From a virus (taxonomy: Duplodnaviria; Caudoviricetes), in IMG/VR virus record IMGVR_UViG_3300027921_000165, positions 1 through 36,392 of that record: 36,392 nucleotides of DNA. One strand, 5' to 3'. This document shows positions 25,944-35,211 of the stretch, in pieces. Position numbers and translations under genes: made by a program. How positions within the stretch are numbered: the first letter of the stretch is position 1; each line of letters opens with the position of its first letter. A model generated the notes under the pieces. That model made no database searches and was not told where the DNA came from. It saw only the letters and a list, made by a program, of their open reading frames with translations.

Positions 25944-28043
25944 ATGTCTGCCACTGCCGCCGTTCGTGCGGAACTCATCGTCAGTATCCGCGACCAGGCG
26001 AGCGCCGGTTTGAAAAGTGTGACCGCAGCCGCCGAGCAAGCGGCGAGTAAAAGCGCTACGGCGGCCCAAGGCGCGGCCGGCAAGTCGGCGGCGGCCGTGG
26101 AAGCGTCCACGACCCGATCCCGCAGTGCCTACGAGCGCCTGGCTACGGCACGGGAAACCCTGGGCGTGCGCCCGGAGCGTGCCATTCAGCGCGAAATCCA
26201 ACTGACGGAAGCGGCCTATAACCGGCTGGCACGAAGCGGTACGGCCAGCGCCAAGGAACTGGCACGGGCACAGGAGGCGAGTCTGCGCAAGGTGCGGGAA
26301 TTGAAAAAAGAAATGGGCGAAGTGGAAAAAACGCCCTGGCGCCCTGGCCTTGGATCGGTTGCCACTATCAGCGGCGCGTATATGTTGGCCAAACCAGCGG
26401 TGACGCGGGCCGCCAACTACGACCATTCGGTCGCTCAAATCACCAATACGCTGTTCTCGGAGCGGGACAAGGCCGGCCGGCTGGAGGGCAAGGCGGAAGT
26501 GAAAGCCGCCATTACGGCCGCTCTCAAACAAGGTGGCGGCGACCGGGATCAGGCGGCGGCAACGTTGAATGAACTGTTGTCCTCTGGCGAATTCGGTAAA
26601 ACCAGTGCGTTCAAGATGCTGGGCACCATCCAGCAGGCGTCCACCGCGTCGGGCGCGGACTCCAAGGACTTGGCCGCCATTGCGCTGTCGCTCAAGCGCG
26701 CCGGGGTGAGTGAAGACCGCCTGCCGGCCATGCTGTCCAAGACGATTCGATCCGGCCAGTTGGGCGGGTTCGAGTTGAGCGACATGGCGAAAACCTTGCC
26801 GGAGGCGATGGCGCTGGCGAAGAAGCTGGGCATCACGGGGGAGGCGGGGTTTGAGCGGCTGCTGGTGTCCATGCAGTCATCGGTGCTGACGGCGGGTACG
26901 AAGTCGGCAGCGGCAAACAACCTGGCCAATCTACTGGGCAAGGTGGATTCCCAGGACACGGCCGCAGACTTCAAAAAACTCGGCATCAACCTGACCGATG
27001 AGTTGGCCAAGGGGGCGGGTCGGGGCGAAACGACAATAGATACCTTCGTGTCTTTGATTGACCGGGTAGTGCAAAAAGACCCGAAGATGAAAGCCCTGGC
27101 GCGGGAATCGGATCGCCTGGCCACCGTGGCGGGGGACAAGAAGAACCCGCAGCGCGAGGAAGCGCTGAAGCGTATGCAGGAGATTTACGCATCGGGGGCG
27201 ATTGGCAAGGTGTTGCAGGATCGGCAGGCCCTGATGGGGTTCCTCGCGGAAAAGGAGGGCCGGGCCGGTGCCGCCCCCCTGGCTAACCGCGTGCGAGACG
27301 GCATCAAGGCCGATAACGGCCAGGAATTGGCAACCAGCTACGCCGTGATGAATGACACGGCATCGGTGCAGGCGCAGCGGCTGGCTAACGCCAATGCCGA
27401 AGGGCAAGACCGGATGCTGATAGGGGCCGGTAGTCCGTTCAAGCCTCTGTTGCAGAGCGTTACCGCGGCGGCGGAAGAGTTCCCGGTGTTGACTGCCAGC
27501 GTGACGGCGGCGGCTGGAGCCTTGGGTCTGCTGGCGGGGGCGGCGGGTATCAATGCGCTGATGGGTGGCAAGGGGCCGTCCGGAGTCATCGGCAAGGCAA
27601 CAACCTGGGCCTCGGCTGGCTTGGTTGGGTCAAAGGCGGCCGGCTTGATGGCGAAGGTGCCGGTTGTCCCGAAGGGTCCGGGCCTGATCGGCCTGGGGGC
27701 TGCGATAGGTGGGGCCGCCTTATCGTCGGTTGCCGGGGAAGAGTCTCGGGTAGCACGCTATGGCTCGGCGGCCTTGACTGGCGCCGGCCTGGGGGCCACG
27801 GTGGGCAGCATGGTGCCTCTAGTCGGTACAGCAGCGGGGGCCGCTATTGGTGGTCTGGGCGGACTCGCCTGGGAGGGCATCAAGGACTTGCTCAAGCCGG
27901 TGGAACAGAAGCCGGTGGACGTAAATGCGAAGCTACAGGTGGGGTTGGCGCCGGGCTTGGTGCTGCAATCTCAATCCATGCAGGCGAGCGGAGGCAACGT
28001 CAAAATGGATACCGGAAACCTCTATACCGGAGCACCCTGGTAA
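25944..28043 (+). CDS. Tail tape measure protein
   Basis: 699 aa Ala/Gly-rich helical; 'GQ.G.FEL.DMA..LP', 'AANNL.NLL.K'; position. Confidence 0.92.
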   Translation: MSATAAVRAELIVSIRDQASAGLKSVTAAAEQAASKSATAAQGAAGKSAAAVEASTTRSRSAYERLATARETLGVRPERAIQREIQLTEAAYNRLARSGTASAKELARAQEASLRKVRELKKEMGEVEKTPWRPGLGSVATISGAYMLAKPAVTRAANYDHSVAQITNTLFSERDKAGRLEGKAEVKAAITAALKQGGGDRDQAAATLNELLSSGEFGKTSAFKMLGTIQQASTASGADSKDLAAIALSLKRAGVSEDRLPAMLSKTIRSGQLGGFELSDMAKTLPEAMALAKKLGITGEAGFERLLVSMQSSVLTAGTKSAAANNLANLLGKVDSQDTAADFKKLGINLTDELAKGAGRGETTIDTFVSLIDRVVQKDPKMKALARESDRLATVAGDKKNPQREEALKRMQEIYASGAIGKVLQDRQALMGFLAEKEGRAGAAPLANRVRDGIKADNGQELATSYAVMNDTASVQAQRLANANAEGQDRMLIGAGSPFKPLLQSVTAAAEEFPVLTASVTAAAGALGLLAGAAGINALMGGKGPSGVIGKATTWASAGLVGSKAAGLMAKVPVVPKGPGLIGLGAAIGGAALSSVAGEESRVARYGSAALTGAGLGATVGSMVPLVGTAAGAAIGGLGGLAWEGIKDLLKPVEQKPVDVNAKLQVGLAPGLVLQSQSMQASGGNVKMDTGNLYTGAPW

Positions 28044-29197
28044 TGGCGGCCCCCTCTGCTCCGGGCTGGCAGGGCCGCATGGCCACGGCGCGCTTTGGTG
28101 GGTTGGCGTTCCTGACCGATTCCCACGAGGCGAAGTTCGGGCGGCGCTTGGTGGTGCATGAATTTCCGGGCGCGGAAGCGCCCCTGGTGGAAGACCTGGG
28201 GGGCGCGGCGCCGTCTTATCGGGTGAATGCCTATTTCCTGGGCTGGGATTACGACCGGGCGCGGGATGAGTTCCTGGCGCTCTTGTCCATGGTGGGGGCG
28301 GATTGGCTGAATCATCCCTGGCTGGGCTATGTGTGGGTGCGGCCGCACAGTTGGTCGGTGCACGAATCGAACGACAAGGGCGGCCTGGCCACGATCACCA
28401 TCGAATTCGCACCGGGCGGGGTGGGCGACACGACTCCGGTCACCGATGCGGTGGATCGTGCCTATGCGGCGGTGCAGACCTTCCGGCGCGGGGTGATGGC
28501 GGATTACCAGCCCCAGGCCATGGCGGCGGCGGGCCTCACTTCGTTTCTGGCAGCGGTGCACGGGCGACTGGAAAAGCTGCGGGACGTGATTGCCTTGGGT
28601 AGCTTGCCGCTGGCCTGGGGTCAGCAGATCGTGGGCTTGATCGCGGGCGTGAACACCGATCTGGCGACCCTGTCCGCCTTGCCCGGTGCCTATGGCGCCG
28701 CCCTGGGCACTCTGGCGGATGCCTTGGGCGCCGGCAGTCCCGATCTGCGGGAAGCGGACGTCCCTCGGGTGGTGATGCGACTGACCCGCTCCCCGGGCGC
28801 AATGGAGGCCAAGCCGGCTGACCCGGTGGCCCGGGCGAATCTGGTGTCGGAATCGGCACTGCGGGAGCGCTTGCTGGTGTCGGCGGCATGCGAAATCGCG
28901 CTCTTTGATTTCACGGCGGCGGGCTATCGGGATTCGGCCCTGGGGGCGGCGCTCGCCGGCCTGGATGGCATCCTGCCGGGGGCGTCTGACCCGGTGTTTC
29001 AGGCGGCGCTGGATGCGCGGGCGGCTCTGTTCTCAGCCTTGATGGCTCAGGACTTGCGCCCGCAAGCGGTGCGCGACCTGGTGTCTCCCCTGCCGGCGGT
29101 GGTGTTGGCCCATCGCCTGGGCGTGTCGGAAGCGGTGTTCCTGGCGAGGAACCCGGTGCGCCATCCGCTGTTTGTGGTCGGGAGGGTCTATGGCTGA
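28043..29197 (+). CDS. DNA circularisation protein (Mu gpN-like)
   Basis: 'A.F.G..F', 'GRR.VVHEFP....VEDLG', 'L.HPWLG', 'RNP.RHP.F'. Confidence 0.9.
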   Translation: MAAPSAPGWQGRMATARFGGLAFLTDSHEAKFGRRLVVHEFPGAEAPLVEDLGGAAPSYRVNAYFLGWDYDRARDEFLALLSMVGADWLNHPWLGYVWVRPHSWSVHESNDKGGLATITIEFAPGGVGDTTPVTDAVDRAYAAVQTFRRGVMADYQPQAMAAAGLTSFLAAVHGRLEKLRDVIALGSLPLAWGQQIVGLIAGVNTDLATLSALPGAYGAALGTLADALGAGSPDLREADVPRVVMRLTRSPGAMEAKPADPVARANLVSESALRERLLVSAACEIALFDFTAAGYRDSALGAALAGLDGILPGASDPVFQAALDARAALFSALMAQDLRPQAVRDLVSPLPAVVLAHRLGVSEAVFLARNPVRHPLFVVGRVYG

Positions 29198-30215
29198 CCC
29201 GGTGGAGTCTGTCGAGTTGCGCTTTGATGGGGTGCGCTACGGCGGGTGGCAGCGGGTAGACATCCGGGAATCGGTAGACGATCTGTGCGCGGCGGTGCAC
29301 CTGGCCATTCAGACCACGGGCGGCGGTGTACCGCCGGTTACGGCGAACACGGTGATCGAGGTATTGGTGGGCGGAACCCTGGCCTCCACGATCCGGGTGG
29401 ATAAATTGCAGCGCCGGGTGGATGCGAAGTCTCACGAAATCCAGGTGGAGGGGCGCAGCCTGGCGCGGGAACTGGTGGATTGCCAGTATTCGGCAACCCT
29501 CTCCGGACTGAAATTCGGGGAGCTGGTAAAGCGCCTTTGCAGCACCTTCAAAGTGCCTGTGCACATCGCGGCGGAAACGGCGGTAGTGCCGGAATTCGCC
29601 ATGCAGTGTGAGCCGCCGGCCAATGCGCTCATCAACGCGGCCCGGGCGGCCAATCTCTTGCTCTACCCCACGCCCTCGGGCGGGCTGATCCTGACGGCGC
29701 CGACCGAGGCGGCGCCGGTGGCTACCTTGTTCTACGGCAACCATTTCACGCGCTACGAGGTGGTGGATGAGTTCCGGCTGCGCTTTTCCGACTATGTGGT
29801 GAAGTCGTTTGACTACGAGGGCGGGGCGGCCTTGAACGGGGCGGTGAAGGATGCGGGCATCACGTTCTTCAGGCCCTGTCAGGTGGTGGCGGACAAACAT
29901 GGCCAGGGGGCCGGTGGCCTGACGCGGCGGGCGACCTTGGAGCGGAATCGGCGCCTGGCGCGGGCGCATCGTCTGGCTCTGACGGTGCCGGGATGGCGCC
30001 ATGCCTCGGGCCTGTGGGCCATCAATACCCAGGTGCGGGTGGTGATCCCGGCCGAAGGGATTGATGGGGTATTCCTGATCGGCTCACGGTCGCTGTCCCT
30101 GGATGACAAGGGGGGCAGCGTGACGCATCTGGAAGTGATGCACCGGGACGCTTTCCAGGGTGAGGAAAAGAAGAAGGCGAAGCGCGGGGCGGCGGCTGGG
30201 AGGGGCAAGAAATGA
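29190..30215 (+). CDS. Baseplate hub (Mu gp44/P-like)
   Basis: 'Y.GW..V.I', 'GRS....LVDC', 'RFS.Y.V', 'V.GWR...GLW..N..V.V'. Confidence 0.88.
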   Translation: MADPVESVELRFDGVRYGGWQRVDIRESVDDLCAAVHLAIQTTGGGVPPVTANTVIEVLVGGTLASTIRVDKLQRRVDAKSHEIQVEGRSLARELVDCQYSATLSGLKFGELVKRLCSTFKVPVHIAAETAVVPEFAMQCEPPANALINAARAANLLLYPTPSGGLILTAPTEAAPVATLFYGNHFTRYEVVDEFRLRFSDYVVKSFDYEGGAALNGAVKDAGITFFRPCQVVADKHGQGAGGLTRRATLERNRRLARAHRLALTVPGWRHASGLWAINTQVRVVIPAEGIDGVFLIGSRSLSLDDKGGSVTHLEVMHRDAFQGEEKKKAKRGAAAGRGKK

Positions 30216-30727
30216 TTGCGCAAGTATGGCGCCGGGTGCAGTTGATGATTGCCCAGGGAGTGGGGACGCTGATCGGCCGGGATCGCATCCAGGCGACGGT
30301 GTTGTCGGGGGAAACCTTGAACAATCTGGCGCGGGTGGAGCCTTATGGCTTTTCGTACCTGCCGCTGCCGGGGTGTCAGGCATACCTGGCCTTTCCGGCG
30401 GGGGATCGTTCTTTCGGCCTGGCGCTGGTGATCGGGGATCGCCGCTACCAGGTGGAACTGTCGCCGGGGGAAGTGGCCCTGCACGATGATCTTGGACAGG
30501 TTGTGCATCTGCACCGGGCGGGCATCCGGGTGGCCACGCCCCTGTCCTGCCGTATCGAGGCGGCGGATATCGAGCTTCATGCGTCCCATAGCCTGAGTTG
30601 GGATGTGGGCGGCTTCGGCGAGCGCTGGACGGCGGCCGGGGAAGGCGCTTGGGAGCACAAGACGTGGCAAACGGGGGCGGCGGTATCTGCCGTGCCTCTG
30701 CCGATTCATCCTCCGGAGGGGCCGTGA
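30212..30727 (+). CDS. Baseplate spike (Mu gp45-like)
   Basis: 'EPYGFS..P..G', 'GDRS', 'D.RY...L..GEVALHDD.GQ'. Confidence 0.88.
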   Translation: MIAQVWRRVQLMIAQGVGTLIGRDRIQATVLSGETLNNLARVEPYGFSYLPLPGCQAYLAFPAGDRSFGLALVIGDRRYQVELSPGEVALHDDLGQVVHLHRAGIRVATPLSCRIEAADIELHASHSLSWDVGGFGERWTAAGEGAWEHKTWQTGAAVSAVPLPIHPPEGP

Positions 30728-31128
30728 TGTTGAAACTGGTATTGACGCCCGATGGCGGGTTTGACCTGGCGTTTGATGATCCGGCTCTGGCCGATGAAGA
30801 CGCGGCCCTGGCCACGCTGGTTTATGGGGTGCTGTTCACCGATGCCCAGGCGCCGGCCGCCCGCGTCCCGGAACAATGGGAGCGGCGGGGCTGGTGGGGC
30901 AAGCCCCAGGCGGGCAGCCCGCTGTGGCACGTGCGCCGGCAACCGCTTTCAGAGGCAGCCCGGCGGGAGGCCATCGCGGCCATCCAGACGGCGCTTCTGT
31001 CCCATGCGCCCGCCCTGTCCTCGGTCACGGTGTCCGATGCGTCTCCGGCGGGAAGCGTTTCCGGTGTGTTGGTATCCATCGCCGGTAAGCACAATGGACG
31101 GCAGTTTTTGATGGAGGTTCCGCTGTGA
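30727..31128 (+). CDS. Baseplate protein (Mu gp46-like)
   Basis: 'L.T.V...LFTD..A', 'RRGWWG', 'GS.LW...R'. Confidence 0.88.
   Translation: MLKLVLTPDGGFDLAFDDPALADEDAALATLVYGVLFTDAQAPAARVPEQWERRGWWGKPQAGSPLWHVRRQPLSEAARREAIAAIQTALLSHAPALSSVTVSDASPAGSVSGVLVSIAGKHNGRQFLMEVPL
31049..31095 (+). promoter_or_regulatory. Late promoter 4, internal to gp46 gene
   Basis: CGGGAAGCGTTTCCGG (2 mismatches) 31049-31064, 25 bp spacer, CACAAT. Confidence 0.62.
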
Positions 31129-31331
31129 CAACTGGAGGGGTTTGGCGTGCGGACTACGGTAGGTTGTGGAGTTTCCACCTGGATGCTCGTGAGTTCGTGC
31201 CGACAGGAGCGGCAGAGCAACGGATCGTCCCCCCGTCGCACCCCTCCGAGCAGCCGGAAATCTGGGCGCGTCCACAATTCGTTCACAGAGAAGAACGGTT
31301 CAAATTTGTCTCACGATACTTATTGCCATGA
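31125..31331 (+). CDS. Hypothetical protein (68 aa) between gp46 and gp47
   Basis: GGAGG RBS; GTGA and ATGA overlaps with both neighbours. Confidence 0.55.
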   Translation: MTTGGVWRADYGRLWSFHLDAREFVPTGAAEQRIVPPSHPSEQPEIWARPQFVHREERFKFVSRYLLP

Positions 31332-32374
31332 GCGCCTACCCCCGCCCCACCTACTCTGAACTGATGGCCCGCATCGAAGCCGACCTGGCGGCGCTGCCGG
31401 CCGTGTTGCGCGGGCCGCTTTCTGCCGCCTGGGCGCAGGCTTGCCATTCCCAGCATGGGCATCTGGAGTGGGTGGATGCCCAGTGCTCTCCCTTGACCTG
31501 TGAACTGGAGCGCCTGACGGATTGGGCGGGCCTCTATGGCGTGGTGCGACTGACGGCGACGGCAGCGACAGGGACGGCCCTGGCCAGCGGTACAGCCGGG
31601 TCTTCGATCCTGGCGGCGACGCTCTTGCGGGGCCAAAACGGGCAGGATTATGAGGCGCTGGCTGCGGTGGTATTGGGGGCCGGGCAAACGCCGGTTTCGG
31701 TGCGTTGCACGGCTCAGGGGGCAGCCGGGAATCTGGCGGCGGGCCTGTCCCTATCTCTGGTGGACCCGGTGCCGGGCGTAGCCAATACGCTGACAGTGGG
31801 CGTTGCCGGCTTGACTGGCGGGGCGGAAGAAGAGGCTCTGGAAGACTGGCGAATTCGGGTAGCCGACGAATGGCAAACCGTGGTGACGCGGGGCGCTCGT
31901 TCCGGCAAGCCCGAGGATTACCGTTTCTGGGCCAAGACGGCCCACCCCTCGGTTTCGGGTGCGCTGATTCAACCTCATGCCCTGGGCCTGGGTACGGTGA
32001 TCGTTCGGCCGATTTGCAACGGCCTGGCCAGCCGGGCGCCCACTCAGGCGGTACTGGATGCGGTAACGGCCTATCTGGCCTTGGTTGCTCCGGCTACGGC
32101 AGATGTGCGGGTAACGGCGCCCTTGCCGCACCCGGTTTCGGTATCTGTCCACCTGGCGCCGGCCGTGGATACGGCGGGCAACCGGGCCGCCATCATTTCC
32201 GCCTTGTTCTCGGCCGTGGAGGCCGAAATGAGCGACGGCGCCGTGCTGGCCCTGGCGGAGATTGACGCGGCCATTGCCTCAATCACCACTCAATACACGC
32301 GCCTGGCGCCCATGGCGGATGTGGCTGTGTCTGCCGGGGAAATTCTGGTCTGGGATGGGGCGCTGTTCTCATGA
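31328..32374 (+). CDS. Baseplate J / Mu gp47 protein
   Basis: 'RPT..EL', 'G..GNL', 'G.TGGA..E..E..R.R', 'G...DY..WA', 'GTV.V'. Confidence 0.92.
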   Translation: MSAYPRPTYSELMARIEADLAALPAVLRGPLSAAWAQACHSQHGHLEWVDAQCSPLTCELERLTDWAGLYGVVRLTATAATGTALASGTAGSSILAATLLRGQNGQDYEALAAVVLGAGQTPVSVRCTAQGAAGNLAAGLSLSLVDPVPGVANTLTVGVAGLTGGAEEEALEDWRIRVADEWQTVVTRGARSGKPEDYRFWAKTAHPSVSGALIQPHALGLGTVIVRPICNGLASRAPTQAVLDAVTAYLALVAPATADVRVTAPLPHPVSVSVHLAPAVDTAGNRAAIISALFSAVEAEMSDGAVLALAEIDAAIASITTQYTRLAPMADVAVSAGEILVWDGALFS

Positions 32375-32955
32375 ACGTTCCTATCCATACCGCCAGGGAT
32401 TACTCGGAGGCGCTTCAGGCACTCATGCCCCCGGGTTCGGCCTGGGAATGGGCGCCGGGCGGGTTCGGCTCGGCGCTGTCGTCCGGCCTGGCGCAGGAGT
32501 TGGCCAGGGTGGAATCGGCGCGGCCGGCGGTGCTGGATCGGTCTGTGGAAACCCATCGCCCAGGCGTGAGTTCCTGGAGTTTGAGCGCCTATCGGGCGCT
32601 GGCGGCTGCGGCGCTGGCGGGCGTGGTGGAGACGCTGCCCCGAAAGCCCGTGGCGATTGGCTCCCGCATCGGGGTTCGGCTGTGGAGCCATCTGGCCCCC
32701 GTGCGCACGTTCCCGGTGCCCCTGGTACAAGTGGATCACCTGGTGGGGCCGGCCCGTGTCGGCAATGGCCACGGCTCACGCATGGGCGACCGTCTATGGG
32801 GTAGCCGGGGCCGCTATGTGCTGCGGGTGCGCTATTACCGCTCAGTTGTGAATCCGGCCGTGTTGTGGGCCGCCCTGGCGGACTTCAAACAAGCCCAGGT
32901 TTTTTTATGGTTCGAGGACATTACCGGAGTAGGGGGCAGTTATGCACCGAATTGA
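32371..32955 (+). CDS. Baseplate protein (Mu gp48 / DUF2313-like)
   Basis: 'Y..AL..L.PPG.AW', 'LA.EL.RV', C-terminal 'K.A.V..WF'. Confidence 0.75.
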   Translation: MNVPIHTARDYSEALQALMPPGSAWEWAPGGFGSALSSGLAQELARVESARPAVLDRSVETHRPGVSSWSLSAYRALAAAALAGVVETLPRKPVAIGSRIGVRLWSHLAPVRTFPVPLVQVDHLVGPARVGNGHGSRMGDRLWGSRGRYVLRVRYYRSVVNPAVLWAALADFKQAQVFLWFEDITGVGGSYAPN

Positions 32956-33178
32956 TGGCGCAGGGCATGTGAACGGCGCGTGGGTGGCCGAGGACGTGGC
33001 GACAAATCGCCCGCCCACGGAAATCACGCCGGAGATCATGAACGCGTACCAGGAGGAAATCGCGGCTGTGGTGGAGTGGGCTGGCCTGACTCTGGACAAG
33101 GCGAATAACGGCCAACTGCTGGCGGCCTTGCAAGCCAAGTTCGCGCCCCTGAATATGGACTTCGGCACCCTGCAATGA
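32942..33178 (+). CDS. Stand-alone tail-fibre baseplate-anchor domain (78 aa)
   Basis: 'MHRID', 'T.......NA.QEEI..VVE.AG..L......QL..A' typical of Mu-like fibre N-termini; ends MDFGTLQ. Confidence 0.75.
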   Translation: MHRIDGAGHVNGAWVAEDVATNRPPTEITPEIMNAYQEEIAAVVEWAGLTLDKANNGQLLAALQAKFAPLNMDFGTLQ

Positions 33179-33495
33179 AATCCACGGCTCCTTTCAAGCG
33201 TGGCGATACCTTCAGCCTGGCCTGTACCTGGAAGGTATCCGGTGTGCCGACGGCGCTGACGGGGTTAGTGATTGCGTCCCAAGTGCGTACCCAGGCAGGA
33301 CTCAAACTGGTGGCCAGCCTGCAAACCGTTCCGGCCGATCAAGGATTGACGCCCGGATTGTTCACCCTGTTGGCAGGCGATACCGCCAACTGGCCGATCG
33401 GGAACCTGGTGTGCGACATCGAAATTACCCAGGACGGCATCGTGCGGTCCTCGGAATCGTTCTTGATTCCGGTTGTGGATGGAGTGACGCAGTGA
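33175..33495 (+). CDS. Small beta-sandwich virion adaptor (BppU-N-like)
   Basis: 'KRGDTF', 'LTG....SQVR', 'T..WP.G....DI', 'SE.F...V...VT'. Confidence 0.65.
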   Translation: MKSTAPFKRGDTFSLACTWKVSGVPTALTGLVIASQVRTQAGLKLVASLQTVPADQGLTPGLFTLLAGDTANWPIGNLVCDIEITQDGIVRSSESFLIPVVDGVTQ

Positions 33496-33722
33496 ATGTG
33501 CCGGGAGCCAGCATCGAGATCGTGTCCGCGCAGCCGTTCGCGCTGGACATGGCAACGAGGCCGGCGCCTGTTATCAGCATCAGTTCGCCCGCTCCGGCTG
33601 TCATTGAGGTGGCCGTGGCCGCCATCGGGCCGCGAGGATTCACAGGTGGGCCAGGCGAGCGCGGCCCTGAAGGGCCTCCGGTCGATACCGGCACCCTCAC
33701 CATAGATGGCGGATATTTTTAG
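33492..33722 (+). CDS. Small protein with short collagen-like Gly-X-Y run, ending IDGGYF
   Basis: GTG overlapping upstream stop; GPRGFTGGPGERGPEGPP. Confidence 0.7.
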   Translation: MNVPGASIEIVSAQPFALDMATRPAPVISISSPAPAVIEVAVAAIGPRGFTGGPGERGPEGPPVDTGTLTIDGGYF

Positions 33723-33730
33723 GAGGCAGC

Positions 33731-34927
33731 ATGCCCAATACGATTCAGATCAAACGCAGTGCCACAACCGCCACCCCGCCTTCTCTGGCGGTGGGCGAAC
33801 TGGCATGGTCGGAAGCATCGAAAAATCTTTACATCGGTGAATCCGGTGCTGTAGTCACAGCCATCGCGGGGTCTGGCACCTTTGCCCGCAAGGCCGATGC
33901 CATTGCCCTGACTGGAGACGCCGCCGGCACCGGGACGCTCTCCGGGGGTGTGGCGCTGACGTTAGCGCCCTCCGGGGTGGCGGCCGGCACCTATACCAAA
34001 GTGACGGTGGATGCCAAGGGCCGGGCCACGGCAGGCGCCAATCTCGCCGCAACTGACATCCCCGCCCTCGACTGGGCCAAGATCACTAGCGGCAAACCGA
34101 CTACCCTGGCCGGCTATGGCATCACCGATATGTTGCTGCTGGGCTCAACGGCCGGCGCCGCTCTGGGCGCGGCGGGTGTCGCCGGTGTGGCCACCACGGC
34201 GGCTCGCTCCGACCATGTGCATGCCTACCCGACTGCCGCCCAGGTGGGAGCGGTGGCCACCGGTCAGGTCGGGGTGGCCAACGGCGTGGCGTCCCTGGGG
34301 GCCGATGGCAAGGTGCCGACCTCTCAGTTGCCGGCGACCAGCGTCGGCGGTCTGAATTACCAGGGCACCTGGAACGCCACCACCAACACGCCGGCCATGC
34401 CGGCCGCTGCTGCGGGCAACAAGGGTTGGTACTACAAGGTTTCCGTTGCCGGAACCACGGTGGTGGATACCATTTCGGACTGGCTGATCGGCGACTGGAT
34501 CGTCAGCAATGGCACCACCTGGGACAAGGTGGACAATACCGAGGCCGTTTCGTCGGTCAACGGTGCCACGGGTGCCGTGGTTATCTCCACCATCACCGGC
34601 AACGCAGGCACTGCGACCAAATTAGCGACGGCGCGCAACATCGCCCTCAGCGGCGATGCCACCGGAACCACGGCTTTCGATGGTTCTGCCAACATCAGTA
34701 TCTCCCTGGCCCTGGCCGCCACGGCCGTAGTGGCCGGCGCCTACGGCTCCGCCTCGGCGGTGCCCACTTTTACTGTGGATGGCAAGGGGCGGCTGACAGG
34801 GGCCGGATCAGCGGCTATCTCGATCTCCTGGAGCCAGATCACCAGCGGAAAGCCGACTACCCTGGCCGGCTATGGCATCACCGATGCCCTGTCCTCCAGC
34901 GGCGCCGTTGACGGCGGGACGTTCTGA
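33731..34927 (+). CDS. Tail fibre protein
   Basis: AGGAGG RBS; 'IQIKRS..GELA'; fibre repeats 'YTKVTVDAKGR', 'KPTTLAGYGITD' x2, 'GNA.TATKL.TAR.I..GD'; ends VDGGTF. Confidence 0.88.
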   Translation: MPNTIQIKRSATTATPPSLAVGELAWSEASKNLYIGESGAVVTAIAGSGTFARKADAIALTGDAAGTGTLSGGVALTLAPSGVAAGTYTKVTVDAKGRATAGANLAATDIPALDWAKITSGKPTTLAGYGITDMLLLGSTAGAALGAAGVAGVATTAARSDHVHAYPTAAQVGAVATGQVGVANGVASLGADGKVPTSQLPATSVGGLNYQGTWNATTNTPAMPAAAAGNKGWYYKVSVAGTTVVDTISDWLIGDWIVSNGTTWDKVDNTEAVSSVNGATGAVVISTITGNAGTATKLATARNIALSGDATGTTAFDGSANISISLALAATAVVAGAYGSASAVPTFTVDGKGRLTGAGSAAISISWSQITSGKPTTLAGYGITDALSSSGAVDGGTF

Positions 34928-34929
34928 GC

Positions 34930-35211
34930 ATGACCACGCTGTTGATGCGCCGCAGTGCCACACCCGGCGCCGTGCCGACCGCCGCTCAACTGAGCGCGGG
35001 GGAACTGGCGGTCAATACGGCGGACGGCAAGGTGTTTTTTGAGCGGGCGGACGGAGAGATCATACAGGTTCCTGGTTTCCCTACTACCTGGTCTGGTGCG
35101 GGGGCGGGCCTCAATATAGATTTCGGCTCCCTCGACAGCCCGGTCCCGATTACCGTTATTTCGTTTGGCAACCCCGCATCCGTGGGGCTTGATTTTGGAG
35201 GATTGCTATGA
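34930..35211 (+). CDS. Small fibre adaptor protein
   Basis: 'LLMRRS..GAVP...L..GELAVNT.DGK.F'; C-terminal IDFGSL/ISFG/LDFGGL. Confidence 0.7.
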   Translation: MTTLLMRRSATPGAVPTAAQLSAGELAVNTADGKVFFERADGEIIQVPGFPTTWSGAGAGLNIDFGSLDSPVPITVISFGNPASVGLDFGGLL

